This document shows positions 52,079 to 64,000 of a stretch of 64,000 bases of DNA, in pieces. Source of the stretch: Raillietiella orientalis (taxonomy: Eukaryota); assembly GCA_036172245.1 (NCBI GenBank), contig JAYWIR010000031.1:1736001-1800000 (forward strand), given 5' to 3'. The notes under the pieces are model-generated. The model was not told the origin of the DNA. It saw only the letters and a list, made by a program, of their open reading frames with translations, and made no database searches. Position numbers and translations under genes: made by a program. Every line of letters begins with the position of its first letter. Within the stretch, counting starts at the first letter, position 1.

Positions 52079-52433
52079 GTAGTGCATACATGCAAGTGTT
52101 TGGTGTTTTTCCTTAAATTACGGCCACAGTTGAAATCCAAAAAAAAAAAAAAAAAAAAAAAGATATCGTTGTGAACAATTCTGCATCCGCATCATGAAAG
52201 CTCAACTCTTGAAAGAATCGCCGAAAGCATTGGTAAGCAGGATTCTCTGCACGTGTTGAGGGTGCAGCAGCCAAACTGCTGGACCAGCGGAGCTTCCTGT
52301 CCTGAGGAGTTCCTCGAGGCATCCGTCCCATTCACTGCGAAGACCCCGAAGTTTCAGAATAAGAGTCCGCTCGAGAGAGTTTTGGTGTAACGGAAAGTAC
52401 ACACATCTTATTTTTGTTTTCCTTTCCTTTCAG
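52079..52433 (+). other. Intron 2 of the K2P gene (355 bp, GT-AG)
   Basis: Strong polypyrimidine tract TTTTTGTTTTCCTTTCCTTTCAG. AG+C gives Ser and keeps the frame. Confidence 0.88.
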
Positions 52434-52941
52434 CTGCCCTCAGCTCAAGAGGAAAAGAGCAGACATTTTGAGAAGAAGGAATCTTCAAGGCTTCCAGCAT
52501 CACGCCGTTGAGTATAAAGGGCAAACCTCTAGGAAGGTCCAGAACGCCATGTTCGTGGCTATGCAGACGATCCTGGAGCCTCACGCCTCGGTCGCCAGCG
52601 AAGAAACTGCAGTCGTACCATGTCGCGCCTGCATTTTTGTGATGATGACGTATGTCGCGGGGGGGGGCTTGCTTTTCGCTAAATGGGAGAATTGGGATTA
52701 TGTCGATGGGTCTTACTTCTGTTTCATCAGTTTAGTGACAGTTGGCTTAGGAGATCTCATCCCCGGAAGAACAGTGGGTGAATATAGTGAAATTGGATTC
52801 CAACTAAAGTTAGTGGTGTGCTACGTGTACGTCCTCATTGGCATGGCGATGATCGCTATGTGTTTTAATGTAATGCAAGAACAAGTTTTACATTACATGC
52901 GGAGTATAACGAGAAAGTTTGGCCTCGTTAAAAAAGGATAA
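52434..52941 (+). CDS. K2P channel, coding exon 3 (to stop)
   Basis: M3 'VPCRACIFVMMTYVAGGGLLF', pore 2 'WENWDYVDGSYFCFISLVTVGLGDLIPG' and M4 'LVVCYVYVLIGMAMIAMCFNVMQE'. TAA at 52939-52941. Spliced CDS is 409+151+508=1068 nt, 355 aa. Confidence 0.95.
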
Positions 52942-53029
52942 GCTTTCGGATGCTGCTTACGATGGCTCCAAGATGATGCAATTTGAAATAGGACAACGGA
53001 TTTTTGCAAACTCATCCATTAATCCAGAA

Positions 53030-53620
53030 GCAGCCATTCCATGGACGGGTGGATGTTCATGGGTGGGATAAAAATCTCAACTCTTTCTATCATTCTAACA
53101 TCTGGGTTTTCGTGGGATAAATTTTTTTTTTGCATTTCGGGGTTCGGCTTGACTCCCAATGGAGAGACTCAGAAATTCTGATCGAATGTTTCTATATGAG
53201 ACATCATGTGTATAGATTGAGGGTTTTGCTAAATTCGTTCAGCCTTCCTCCCCACCCCACCCTTTTTTTTTTTGGATCAAGCAGCTCTTTCATTTACTTT
53301 GTGATATTTTTTCGCCATTTCGGAACACATGGGAAATTCCTTTCGAAAACCCTTTCTCCCTGAAAATGGCTGTCTTCCCTCCCACCTTCCTCCTCCCTTG
53401 AAACACTCGCACCATGCGTGTGATTTCGCTGAATCAACTGTTGGATGCCTCCACCTCAAGGAAATTCTTCGATTCGTCGACTCATCTGATGCTCTCAGTG
53501 AGCCGGGATCTTTTTTATGAGTGCCTCTGTGCCAAAACCGACACGGAGATGGGCCAGTTGCAAAGAAGGGATGAAAGAAGGATGGGAAGATTCCGCAATG
53601 ATCGTCAAACTGGGCGTGCC
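53030..53620 (+). mobile_element. Gypsy integrase-core remnant just downstream of the K2P stop
   Basis: 'IPW', 'YRLRVLLNSFSLP' (cf. L..LF..FG.P), 'AESTVGCLHLKEIL' (cf. AER.V..K..L) and 'MGRFR'. Confidence 0.45.
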
Positions 53621-54199
53621 CGTGTGTCGCTCTTGTTGCATTAGAACTTTCTGGATATTGGTACTTTTAATTAATAGCATGTGATTTTGTATGTTTTTCA
53701 AATAAATTCTCGTCATTTCGAAAAAGCAGATCAATTCGAAGCGCGTTTGCGTTACGTTGCATCTATGTTTTATTCATTTCAGAAAGGGAGATTTTGAAGA
53801 AAAAAAAGCAAAAGAGTTGCAGTGCAGCTTCAGTCTGAAGACCCCCAAAAGGCTTTACGTTGTAAGAAATGTGTGCTGAGATGAAGGTGGCTTTTCGCTT
53901 CTTTAATGCCTTCCTGTGATGACCTCAGATCGGGAAGGCGAAACTGTTTTTTTTCACATTGATATTTGGCCCTCTTTCGAACTCTTAAGCTTGGAACTGT
54001 CTCTATTCATCTGCAAAATTCGGATCGTTGCGTAATTATTGCTGGCTAATGGTCTTGCTTCGGCTTTTTTCCATCCGTCATTTTCCTCCTTCGAAGCCTG
54101 AGATCATTAGAGAAAAAAAAAAAAAAAAAGACCTCATCCGAAAAAAGGATCCAATCTTCTCCTTCACTTCTGAATAACAGGATCGGCACATAGCAGCAG

Positions 54200-55660
54200 G
54201 CTAATCCAATTGGTGAGTGCACTATAAAGTGCACGGCACAGTGTACAGGAGGCTCTGCTTCATTCGTTAGAACTTGTTAGAACATCCTGGAAACCTTCGG
54301 AATGGCTTCCGACCCTCATCTCCATTCCGTCTGTCGTCTTGCCTTTGGAAGTCCAACTATTTTTTTCCATGTTTAGCCTCTTCGGCAGTGGGCTCGGAGC
54401 TCATTTGTCAGTCTCTCAGAAGAACTCTTAGGTGTAATCTTTTCATCTTCTATTTATCAACCCTACCCAGATACCATTTTGTTGTTTGATCTGTTTCTTT
54501 GATAATTCTGCTTAGATTTTCAGTGTTTGCATTGGAGGCTGCACGAAAGACAGCTGCTTCTGAAGAAATTTTGAGGATCCTGTTCTGGATAACTAGGACG
54601 ACGAATACGAGCCTTTGTCTCCCAAAATTCATCTTCGTGTTCTCTTGCTTGCTCTAACGCACAGTTATTTATTACAAGTTTAGTTCAAACGCTCTGGAGT
54701 CATCTGTGTGGACAGCTTCGTTTCCTGTGCTCATGATGTGCACCTCGCTCCAGGAAGGAACCGTTTGCTCTTCCATTGTAAATCTAAAGATGAATGAGGA
54801 CACCGTTAAATTTGCATCTGTCCTTGGTTCGCCTTGTGCTACCACAGCACGTTTGATCCAGTTCAAAAATCACGTGCCTTCGATTTCTGATCCTTAAATT
54901 CGCTGACCTCTCTTCTTCGTGTTTTCCCGAACAGCTTTCATTCCAAGAGATGCTGATTTTGAAACGTTCTTCATGTTGCCGCTCGGCACGGAGCCACCAT
55001 GGTGGCCACTTTTTCGTTTCTTGCAATTCTTTTCTTACCACATTTTATATATGAGCATTTTGAGATCATGCTTTGCAGGATAACCGATCTGCCCTTTTAA
55101 ACTTTTCTTTTTTTTCTCCATTCTGGATGCAGTTTTACGGTTCTGCATTTCCGGCTCATTAATTAGCAGTGCTTTGTGTAGAAAAGCCATCGCGCGTTTA
55201 ATCATTTCCATTGGAGTCTTCCCTGCCCATCCTTCACTTCTTTGCACCATTCGGAATAGACGAGCGTTTGTTCCCGTTGACTTTGCTCTTTTGCTCCAAC
55301 TCCTTTCATGGCTCTCTCGAATCTTCCAAAACTTCGTCAGGATTTGTCTGTTCCTGCTTTTTCCTCTTTCCGATATGGTCTTTCACGGGTTTTAGTTCTG
55401 CCCCTTTCCATAAGATGTCTTTGCCTTCTTGTTCGAATACAAGATTTGCATAGTATATGTTTCCGAGAATTCTTCCTTACATTGTAGAAGAAGAAGAGGA
55501 AGAAGACTCTCGAAATTCGCAGGAATCGTAAAGGACGCTCCAGACGAGGGGAATGATGCAGGAGTGTCTTGCGAATGCTGGAGCAATAGTGTAGCGAGCT
55601 GCAGCTCCAAAGGAAGAAGCTGGGAAAAAAACAAGACCACCGTTTGAGTGGAAAGCGAAA
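54200..55660 (-). mobile_element. CR1/L2-like LINE ORF2 remnant
   Basis: 'KKWPPWW', 'DDSRAFELN' (cf. D.EKA..LN), 'ISSEAAVFRAASN' (cf. I...EV...L..L) and 'APSPLPKRLNM' (cf. LA.PL..IFN). Confidence 0.5.
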
Positions 55661-56443
55661 CCACCTTCTAGAGAGAATTTCTTACGGATGGAAGTCAGTC
55701 GTTTTCACTTTGTTTTATTCATGATGTGGCCAATGACGACTTTTTTCATTTTCTACTTTTCCATTCTCTCGTCTACTAAACACGAAAATATGAGCATCCG
55801 TTTTTGTAAGGAAAGAGTCGCTTAAGCGTTCTGCAGCTGTGAGACTTTTATGGATGAATTCCGAGTCGTGGCTCAGCATGATCTTTGAGTCGTCTTGGTT
55901 TGGTTTCCAAGCTGCACTCGTCCTGAGAAAACTGCTATAGCTCCTCTGCATGCAGAAATCATGTTGCGTCACGTAATTTATCTGGACTGCCATATTGAAA
56001 AAATGAGAAGAAGAAAAGCACTCTCACCGTTAAGTAGGATGTTGAAAGTCACTTCTTCGTTCATTTGGCATCACACACATATAATAAGCTGCGGTTGTTG
56101 AGGGAGCAGCTAACTGGGTAGATCATTCGTCTCCAAAGAAACCTATGCGAAAAGTACATGCCAGTGATGAGAATATGTGCTTGCCTATCAGGTATGAGTC
56201 ACTTTGAAAATGAAGATAACCGAGGTTTTCAGCAGCTTCCTTCCTTTCACTCACAAATCGCATCGAAATTTTCATCCGATATCGCAAATGTTGATAACAA
56301 AACTGTCATTCACAGTGAATGTCTTTCATTATGCAGGTGAAGTAGTGCTGTTTGGTCAGTCGAGGTGAGTCGAGATGACCTCTGAGCGATCCGTTGTCAT
56401 TCAGCAGTTTGGAGAGACACTGTGGAAGAGAGACGCAGAAATG

Positions 56444-56632
56444 TTAACAGCCCGAAGTCACCACGCGTGAGGAATTCGAACAAACAAATTCAGCGCTTCT
56501 TAAGAAGAGCAGACTTCTGAAGGTGAGGCAAGCTCTGTAGTCGAAACGTGTTTGTATCTCATCTCCCTTTAGTGTACTGAATATTTCCTCTTTAGTGTAC
56601 TTCCATGCATTCATTGGAGTTCTTGAATGCAA
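56444..56632 (-). mobile_element. hAT dimerisation-domain remnant
   Basis: 'PMNAWKYTKEEIFSTL...RSAEFVCSNSSRVVT' (cf. PL.WW.....FP.L...S...ER.FS). Confidence 0.4.
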
Positions 56633-57514
56633 GTTTCTGCCATTGGTGGGTCAACCGAGTTTGCAGCTGCTGTCGGCTGCCTGCAGTCAGCCAAATTGAT
56701 ACGTTTGACGGCATAGTCGAAAAGTTTCTGGAAACGTGGATTTCTATTTAGGGTTCTGTTCTGAAAAAATTACTGTCGCCAAGGCCTTTCACTATGCCGA
56801 GGAAAGCACACACTTTCAGCGGCCTTCTTTTTGTAGAGAATGCGAATGCAACAGCCATGACCGTTAATTCCTGTATCGAAAAGTGATCCAGAAATCCTTC
56901 TAAATGGCTTTCAGACCAACACAGCAATTAATCCATTTTAGGCTTCTTTCCACCATACATTACGTCGTGCTGTAAATTGGAAATATTTGAAAGGCACCCG
57001 AAAAATTTCGACTGGTGGGGCATTTTCCGTTTTTCAAGATATTTCGAACGTTCGACCGAAAGATCAGAGAGGGCTTCGGTCCACGATGCTCGAGAATCAA
57101 AGCATCTTGAGAATTTTGGAACACTAATGGTTATTCTTCACTAAGGATCCACCAGTGGTTTCCAGGTTTTGAATGCACTGCCAGAGGATAGAATGATTTT
57201 TCTTTGCTTTTTATTAAAATACACTATTTCAGAGATCATCGGGGCAAGGATGCTGAAGTTTTCGTGGGACATTGGCTCCTGTGGAGAGGGTCAGAAGCGG
57301 CTTACAAAAAAATCGAAAAATATGCACAATCAATGCCATTTCCATTATATTTCACTGCAATGCTATTGCTGTTGCATTGCACCGCACAGCTTCAATCACC
57401 GTTTTCCATTACACTGTGTGCTCATCTTCTACGCAGCGCTCTATTAGAAAAGGTGTCTTTTGTCTTCCACGAAAGCTCCCATGAGTCTCACAGCAATCTT
57501 GGCTTTGGGGATCA

Positions 57515-58430
57515 TTGTGTGCGATAATCAAGCGTGGGCAGCAGAATCATGCAGAGATTAAGGATGGGCAGCGCTGCGCATTCTCCCGGATCGATATTTG
57601 TGGATCCCAGAAAACTGGGAAGAATTTGCTTTGGTGGAATGGGCGCCGCCCGCCTGGAGGGAAAGATGCCGTTTTTCAGCGCAGGGCAAAGTTGCGCAGC
57701 TGCGGAGGTGGCACAGAACATTCCGCGTTCACCGGGCATCGAAGCCATCCCCATTCGGGACCCGAATTCAAGGACTACAGCCATACGGACTTCGGGAACA
57801 CAGATCAGGTTCAAAAGTCCTTGCCCACTCCAAAGCAGCAAAGCCCCAGTTTCCAGAAGTGGAGTTTTCGGATTTTCAAACGACTCCTCAGCGGGTCGTA
57901 GGGAGGAGTAGGCAGGGATTTCTCCTAGGGTCCCTCTGCAAGTCGCACAATAATTACAAAGTAGCATTCGCTGCGTATCTTAACGGTGGATGATAACTTG
58001 CTGCATTACTAGCCACCAACCTCCACTCACTCTCCGGATTTGTGATCCCTACTCATTGTCGGGCCTGTACAATTCCCAATAATAACCCAAAGTACCCGTA
58101 ACGTGTTTCCAGGTTATTTGTCCACTGAATCCAGGAGTCTCAAATGGCTGGAGAATCGGAACGAAGAAGCTTCTACGAGCAGCATCGTTTTCCGTCTGTT
58201 CCCAAGCTTTTCGGAAACGGGATCTTCTCTCGTTGGCAGGAGCCGGGAAACCTCGCACAAAAGTAAGCCATCCCGACATGTCAGCAGAATTCAGCCGGCA
58301 TCCAACGATCTGATCACTGGGATGCTCGCTGCTTGCTCGTGCACGGCCACCTCGAAAGGTCGAACGGCCCAAGGAGGGGAAGGAGCATCTTCGTCGGCAA
58401 TCGATGAAACGATCTGCAAAAGAGTTTCCT
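57515..58430 (+). mobile_element. Gypsy integrase remnant
   Basis: 'HSGPEFKDYSHTDF...VQKSLPTPKQQSPS..RIFKRLL' (cf. SDNG.EF....F...YHPQ.NG..ER...K..L), followed later by 'FSETGSSLV..HKSKP'. Confidence 0.5.
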
Positions 58431-58519
58431 GATCTCGAGGAGATATTCCATTCGGCAGAGCGAAAGGGGAAGAAAGAAAAAAAGAAAGCCGTGCACCCGA
58501 TCCTGCAGTTTTTATTTAC

Positions 58520-59625
58520 TCATAGGAGGAGCAGATGAATCACAGATGAACGACTGCCAATCCCAATTTCCTTTTTGAGCTCTAATTCTTCTTCCATGGG
58601 GATCGTTAAAGCAGACTTGCCGGTATTTTTGCATTTCTTGGGCTCGAATAGAAGTGAGGAATCAACGATAAAGGTAGCCAATGAATTTGGAATGAGTCGA
58701 AATTTTCTGGACGAGTTGATTTCTCGCTTTTTCTGGAAGAAAAAGGGAGAAATCTTTTTTCCCTCCAGATGAACCGAAAGTGCCAGGCTGAAATTCCGCG
58801 GATGCTCCAAGTTCAAACTGAGGATGATCACCTCCAGAAGGCACCTCGAGCTCCAACGAGTATTGGATTCATCGGTGAGAAACACCGTTTCAGGAAGCTC
58901 TTCCTACGGAGCAAGGAGGACCCCAACAAGGGGCAGAGGTTGCTGGTGCGACTTCCCTTCATCGGCTCCGGATCACTGGAGCTTTTGCTTTCCCATTGGG
59001 TTTCGCACAGAGCAGAACTAGTGTGAAATGAAGTGGTTGATTGCAAGACGGGATTTTTGATTCCGGGGGCTCATGGAAATGCATTCTCCGTTCTGCAGCC
59101 TGAAATGTCTTCCTGGTGGTAACGGGAAGCAGCTCGAGAGGCTGCTGTGCACTTCCAGCTGGGGCACCGTTGTCTGCAAGCCTTTGCCACTCCAAAAGAG
59201 CTTGGCAACTTGCGACGGACAAGATCTAAGATCGCTCACGCGACGAAATCCAATTACATTGACATGCAAATTGCTTCCTTTGCGCAAAAGATACGAAGAG
59301 ACACAAAGGCTAAGAGGTATTTGCCGGAAATGACTTCCATCAGGGTGGATTTTACCGGAAGTCCTTTGAGGAATGAGCGACTTTTTCTGTCTTTGGCTCA
59401 CCTTTCCCAGGAGTGAAGACGCATTGGATCCGAACGTGGAGGTCGAACATCTGATTCATTTTGCAAATAAAGAACCAAATTTGATAGGCAAAAGGAATTC
59501 TCGCCGCCGTTTCCGACTTCGAAACCCCTCTGAAGACCGGGACCTACCTCCAAATCAGATCTTCTAACGGTTAATTGAATAACATTGCAGCTCTTCGGAA
59601 TCATCTTTGGTATCTTCAGCATCAT
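58520..59625 (-). mobile_element. hAT transposase remnant
   Basis: 'IHPDGSHFRQIPLSLCVSSYLL...VIGFRRVSD' (cf. DE.TD...QL...RY...FLGF), 'IPSCNQPLHFTL' (cf. HC..H.LNL) and 'SNTRWSSR'. Confidence 0.6.
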
Positions 59626-60769
59626 ACTGAGATAACTGAGATAATAATGACTGCAGTATGAAGTAGTAAAAATAGAAATGAATAACAGAAACGAAAAGAA
59701 TGCAGAATTCAGTGCAGTGTCAAATTCAAATTAAAATGGACGCAACTCGTGATTCCAGTTTGAAGTTGCCAGATTCTAATTTCAAGATCATCTCCGCAAC
59801 TTCCTCCAGCACTCTGCAGGCCTGGCTTTCCATCTAGGTACCTCGAGTCAGCGGTGCCACGTCCTTATTAGTCCACTTGACAACCCCCTTTGTAAAAGTG
59901 AGGGTACCCATCCTCCGAGGACTGAGGCATGTGGATATCATCTCACCAATTCCACGTGTCATCTGAGACAACGCACGAGACAATCGCCGGTCCTGCACTC
60001 CCACGGACGCCAACAAACTACTCTTATTAAATAGTTAGTACCCATTACTCTTCTGCGTGGAAAACTCTTAATGAAGTGGAAAAGGAAGGAAGAGGCTCCA
60101 AAGGGGAAGTAACATTCAGAGAACTCGGGCTGTCGCAATCCGGAGGCATCTTCGAAACTCCAAGCAGTGTAAAATAGAGACAGAATGTTCGCGCATCCCC
60201 TCTGAAGCTGTGCATCTCAGTGTTGGCCTGTTATCATGGAGAGTGCATCATGCAGTGTTTTTGTCTTTTTCAGGTTCGAAGTCGGTCCACTTCCGCATGC
60301 AGATCTCTTGTATAGAATTTGAGGACACCAGAAAACAGCATGCGAAAATGGAGGCAGTCTTCTCAAAGGTTCAAGACAGCAAAGCACGACAAATTCTGAT
60401 AATCATCAGGAACGGAACTGGAAGAAGGGAAGAGCACAAAACCGGTCAGTCCTCGAGAAACGGACCATTAGCTGCTTGAAGCGTTTCTTCCGGAACCCGA
60501 CTGAGAGAGGAACATCGCGTCGATGATGAAAACGTGTAGCCAAGGCGTCTGCTGGAAGACCAGTCTGGGATGCTGGAAACTGCAGTCCGTTCGGGAGATC
60601 TTTTGTTTTTGGCAACGAGCGAGTGATAGGCATCCCCGCTGAGCGAATTCTGGTTCCACGGGCATGGGGGAACTGATTCTGAAGATTCCTAATGCCACCG
60701 TTTTGAAAAACTACGGCTGCTGAACCAACCGAGATACGTCGGAAGATGGCAGTCAGAATTTCGCTCTCA

Positions 60770-61710
60770 TTTGCAAGAAGAGAAAAAAAAAACCTTCTCC
60801 TCATTTTTGGAACGGAATGTCCAAAATGGATTCTCAATTGAGAAAATTGTCTGGGATGTAGCCAAGCATTCTATTACGGATTGGAAACTGGATCGCATCG
60901 AATACTGTCTCATGACACAAAGAAGATACATGGATTACTTTGCGTTGGCTGTGCATCTTCATTGTGTAGCTGGAATGCCAGAAATTCAAGGGGTGTTTCT
61001 GAAATTCGCGAATAGCAGGAACATTACCTAACGCTATGGTGGCAGCAACTTTTGGTCTTTGGTGCTTCGTTTTGTTTCGAAATGTTTCGCTGCTGCTCGC
61101 GAATAGATGTAGCGTGCTAATGGCAAAGGTGACCATTTGATAAGGAGATGACCAATTAGCAAATGAGGAAATGAAACTCAAGAAGAATTCCGTGATTATA
61201 ATTTGTCTACTTTTCAACACTGCCGTTTCCTACTAGAGTAACCATTAGAGGAACGTTCTGCGAAGGTTCTTACTTAATCTCGCTTTCACAGATCTCACAA
61301 ACATCTGTGCGAATCTTTTTCCTTCGGATTTCAGGTTCATGAATTGAAAAATTGAAAAGGCGGCTTGATTTTTCTTCAAGCAAAAATATCGATTCGGACG
61401 TTTTCCCCAAAACGAGAAAGAAAACTGAAATTTCAGCAGCTCGACTGACGTTTAAGGAGAGAAGAAAGTTGAGAAATGAGAGCCAAGCATTTTACTCTGT
61501 ATTTCCACCTTCACTGAGATGTGACCTTCACGCCAGGGCATCCTGTAATCAGCAGCATCAAAACCCTATGGGAAGGAAGCCGTTGGCGGAATCGAGACCT
61601 CGGAGCATCAACAAGCAGGCGCACTGACCCAAGGGGGACATCAGTGGAGGAAGTGGTGTTTCCAGGTTGGTTGAGCTATGGAGATCCTACATGTGTGTTT
61701 CAATCGTGAT
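60770..61710 (+). mobile_element. hAT transposase remnant
   Basis: 'HSITDWK...YMDYFALAVHL' (cf. S.T.D.WT....Y..VT.H) and later 'VVFPGWLSYG' (cf. TRW.S). Confidence 0.45.
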
Positions 61711-62449
61711 GAGACACTTCCCAGGTGACTCGAGCTGTCCCGAGGCACACTGTTGCTCTTTCCAGAATACATGATGTTCCAGTTTCAGCTTGGTAACGTA
61801 CAAAGTAGGCCAATGAAATGGTTTGGCGAGTTTGCTGAGATAAAGACCTCAGTAAAAAAAAAAAAAAGATAAGATAAGGGTCGTTCCTTGTTTTTCCTTG
61901 CAGCTGTCGATGCCAACCATCAATGACTTCCTCTCGCGGGGCTGCATGATTTCATCTCTCCAATAAATACAGTGGGTTGTGCTTTTGTATTTTATAGAAA
62001 ACTTCACTTCCACTTTCTCCTTTCAATAGCAGATGATCTCAGAATTACTCCCTACAACAGAGTTTATCAATGGTCCAGAGTCAGACATTTTGATTCTCCC
62101 GGGGTTTCATTCTCGAAACAGTCTTCTAACCATGACCGGCCTGCAGTGGATTGCCTCGAAGATTGCACACCTTTCATCTGAAAGAAAGGCACAAATAGAG
62201 AGCAGTTTCACTTTCACCAGAAGTGATCCTTTTGAGACGTTCGCAACACCCAAGGAAGGCATGGCTGTCTCTGCTAGCACCCTGAGTGAGATTCATAGCT
62301 CTTCTTGTTGATCTTTCCTGCCCAGATGCCCTCTGTACTTGTTAATTTTTCTGTTCTTTAGTTTGGTTGTGAGCTTGCCAACGTATTGGTTCGAAGATTG
62401 CCGTCATTTTTTTTGATGGAAGCCTTACTGACGTAAGGTAGGTAAGGCG

Positions 62450-63071
62450 TCTATGTTTCCCTCAACTTTGCGTCTCTCAGCCAGCACACATACTGAGAAA
62501 CAGAATTGCCCAATGTCCTCTCTCGGGGAGGGGGGGGGGATTCAATGTTACTTCGCATTGAAGAGGATGAGCAATCTTCCCGCGGAAATTTTAGGCTCGG
62601 ACACGAGCACGCAATCCAACTATCGTAGAATTACTCGATATCATCTCTGGAAGCTCGAGACGTTTACAAAGAGTGCTTTCGAATAGTCAGCAGTTAGCCC
62701 TGTCTAGGCTCTAATGAAAAATCGATCAATCTATTTCAAATGGAGGGAATTTTCCGATGGAAAATCTGTCCGCATCCATCTCTGTTGTACATCCAACAGA
62801 AGTCCTCGACAGGGATGCACGTGTTCAAGACGCCATCTTCATCTTGATAACATGTAACTCTAATCAAGCACTAATACGGTCTCACGACGATACTAGTACA
62901 TGAGACTGCATCGATATATGAGTATACTGCTATGTTCACACACCCGTGTGGTTGATACATGGGAAATATTCCTGGTTGAAAGTCTCCTTGGATTTCTTGG
63001 CTGTGGGTTTCGGGAAGGCCGTTGCGACGGGGACGTAGGTTTGTAAGAAGCAATGGAAGCGGAAAAGGGTT

Positions 63072-63106
<35 letters not shown>

Positions 63107-63400
63107 AAGTCATCTTCTGTACGATTGAAGTGCTTCTCATGATGATGCCTTTTTGTAGGCGGATGTCGAATTGGTGATGAAACATGAAGACTGGACAGAA
63201 TCTAATGATTCGACATCCATGTGGGAGCATTTCACCGAATTTTTCAACCGGAAATGCACAGTTTTCATGCGGACCCCTCCGAGAACGAAGCAAACAAACT
63301 TTCTCGAGCGTTCTGTCCATGGCAAAAGTTCTCATGTGTTGATAAACATGTACTCAGATGTCCTCGTTGATTGCTACTTTCATTCATTGTAAATTGCTTC
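62450..63400 (+). mobile_element. CR1-like LINE endonuclease/linker remnant
   Basis: 'GGGIQCYF' (cf. GGGV..Y), 'HTRVVDTWEIF' (cf. PTR....LDL) and 'DWTESNDSTSMWEHFTEFFNRKC..P'. Confidence 0.5.
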
Positions 63401-64000
63401 AGGATGTGTTTACCCATGCACCGTTCATTTATCTTTATCCGACTGCAGCCGAGAAAAAACAAGACGCAGAATTTCCATGGACCAAATTTTGTACGGCCGA
63501 TTTCTTCGCAGGTTGTGTTTGCTGCGTTCCCGAGATCACTGAAAAGTTGAGGCATCCCAGCTGTATCTTCTAATTTTGACCTCTCCCAGCTCCTCTCTTG
63601 CTTCGGTCAAGTGACTCTCTCGCTTCTTGGATTCCTGATTTTTCAAGTAGCGTTCTTTTTTTCTTATCTGAGCCACACAGTTCTGCATCCTTCCCTCTTT
63701 GATCACTCCGAGTCATAAAGTGCATTATGGAGTTTCCCTCTTATTATGTATCTGATCAACTGTATGCGTTGCATAACGAATTTTGCAATCTGCGTTTAAG
63801 CTGAGTGTTTTGCTCGTGGGGCAACGCCATCGACTGAGGGCATTTCTCATTGACTCACGCTGATAATTAACGGTATTGAAACATGAAGAATTCTCGTGAA
63901 AACTTTCCTAATGTGTTCGTCTTTGCTTTTTCCTTTTGGCTTCCGATCTTCATTTCATTCTCTTGATGATTCGTAGCTTTAAATCAGTCGAAACGCAGTG

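Noticed and set aside
1..64000. CRISPR array, operon or prokaryotic defence system
   Set aside because: No regularly spaced repeats or gene-dense regions. The spliced gene and TE content show eukaryotic DNA.

Overview
Eukaryotic genomic DNA, probably arthropod judging by the channel protein and the transposon (TE) families. I find one intact host gene: a plus-strand two-pore-domain K+ channel (K2P, TWiK/KCNK family). It has three coding exons (17270-17678, 51928-52078, 52434-52941) that splice in frame to 355 aa. Intron 1 is 34.2 kb and splits the first selectivity filter (TIG|YG). Almost everything else, including that intron, is heavily decayed mobile-element sequence recognisable only from broken protein motifs: BEL/Pao, Gypsy, DIRS-type tyrosine-recombinase (YR) retroelements, LINEs (I-group, RTE, CR1-like), hAT and pogo/Tigger. 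There is also a ~430-bp diverged 28S rRNA fragment and three copies of a tRNA-headed SINE-like element. The most interesting pattern is that two of the SINE-like copies join the 3' end of a YR element at the same 8-mer (GCACTGGT), while the third looks like the empty site. This suggests a YR retroelement that targets a SINE. All TE calls come from reading motifs by eye, not from database searches, so their boundaries are approximate.
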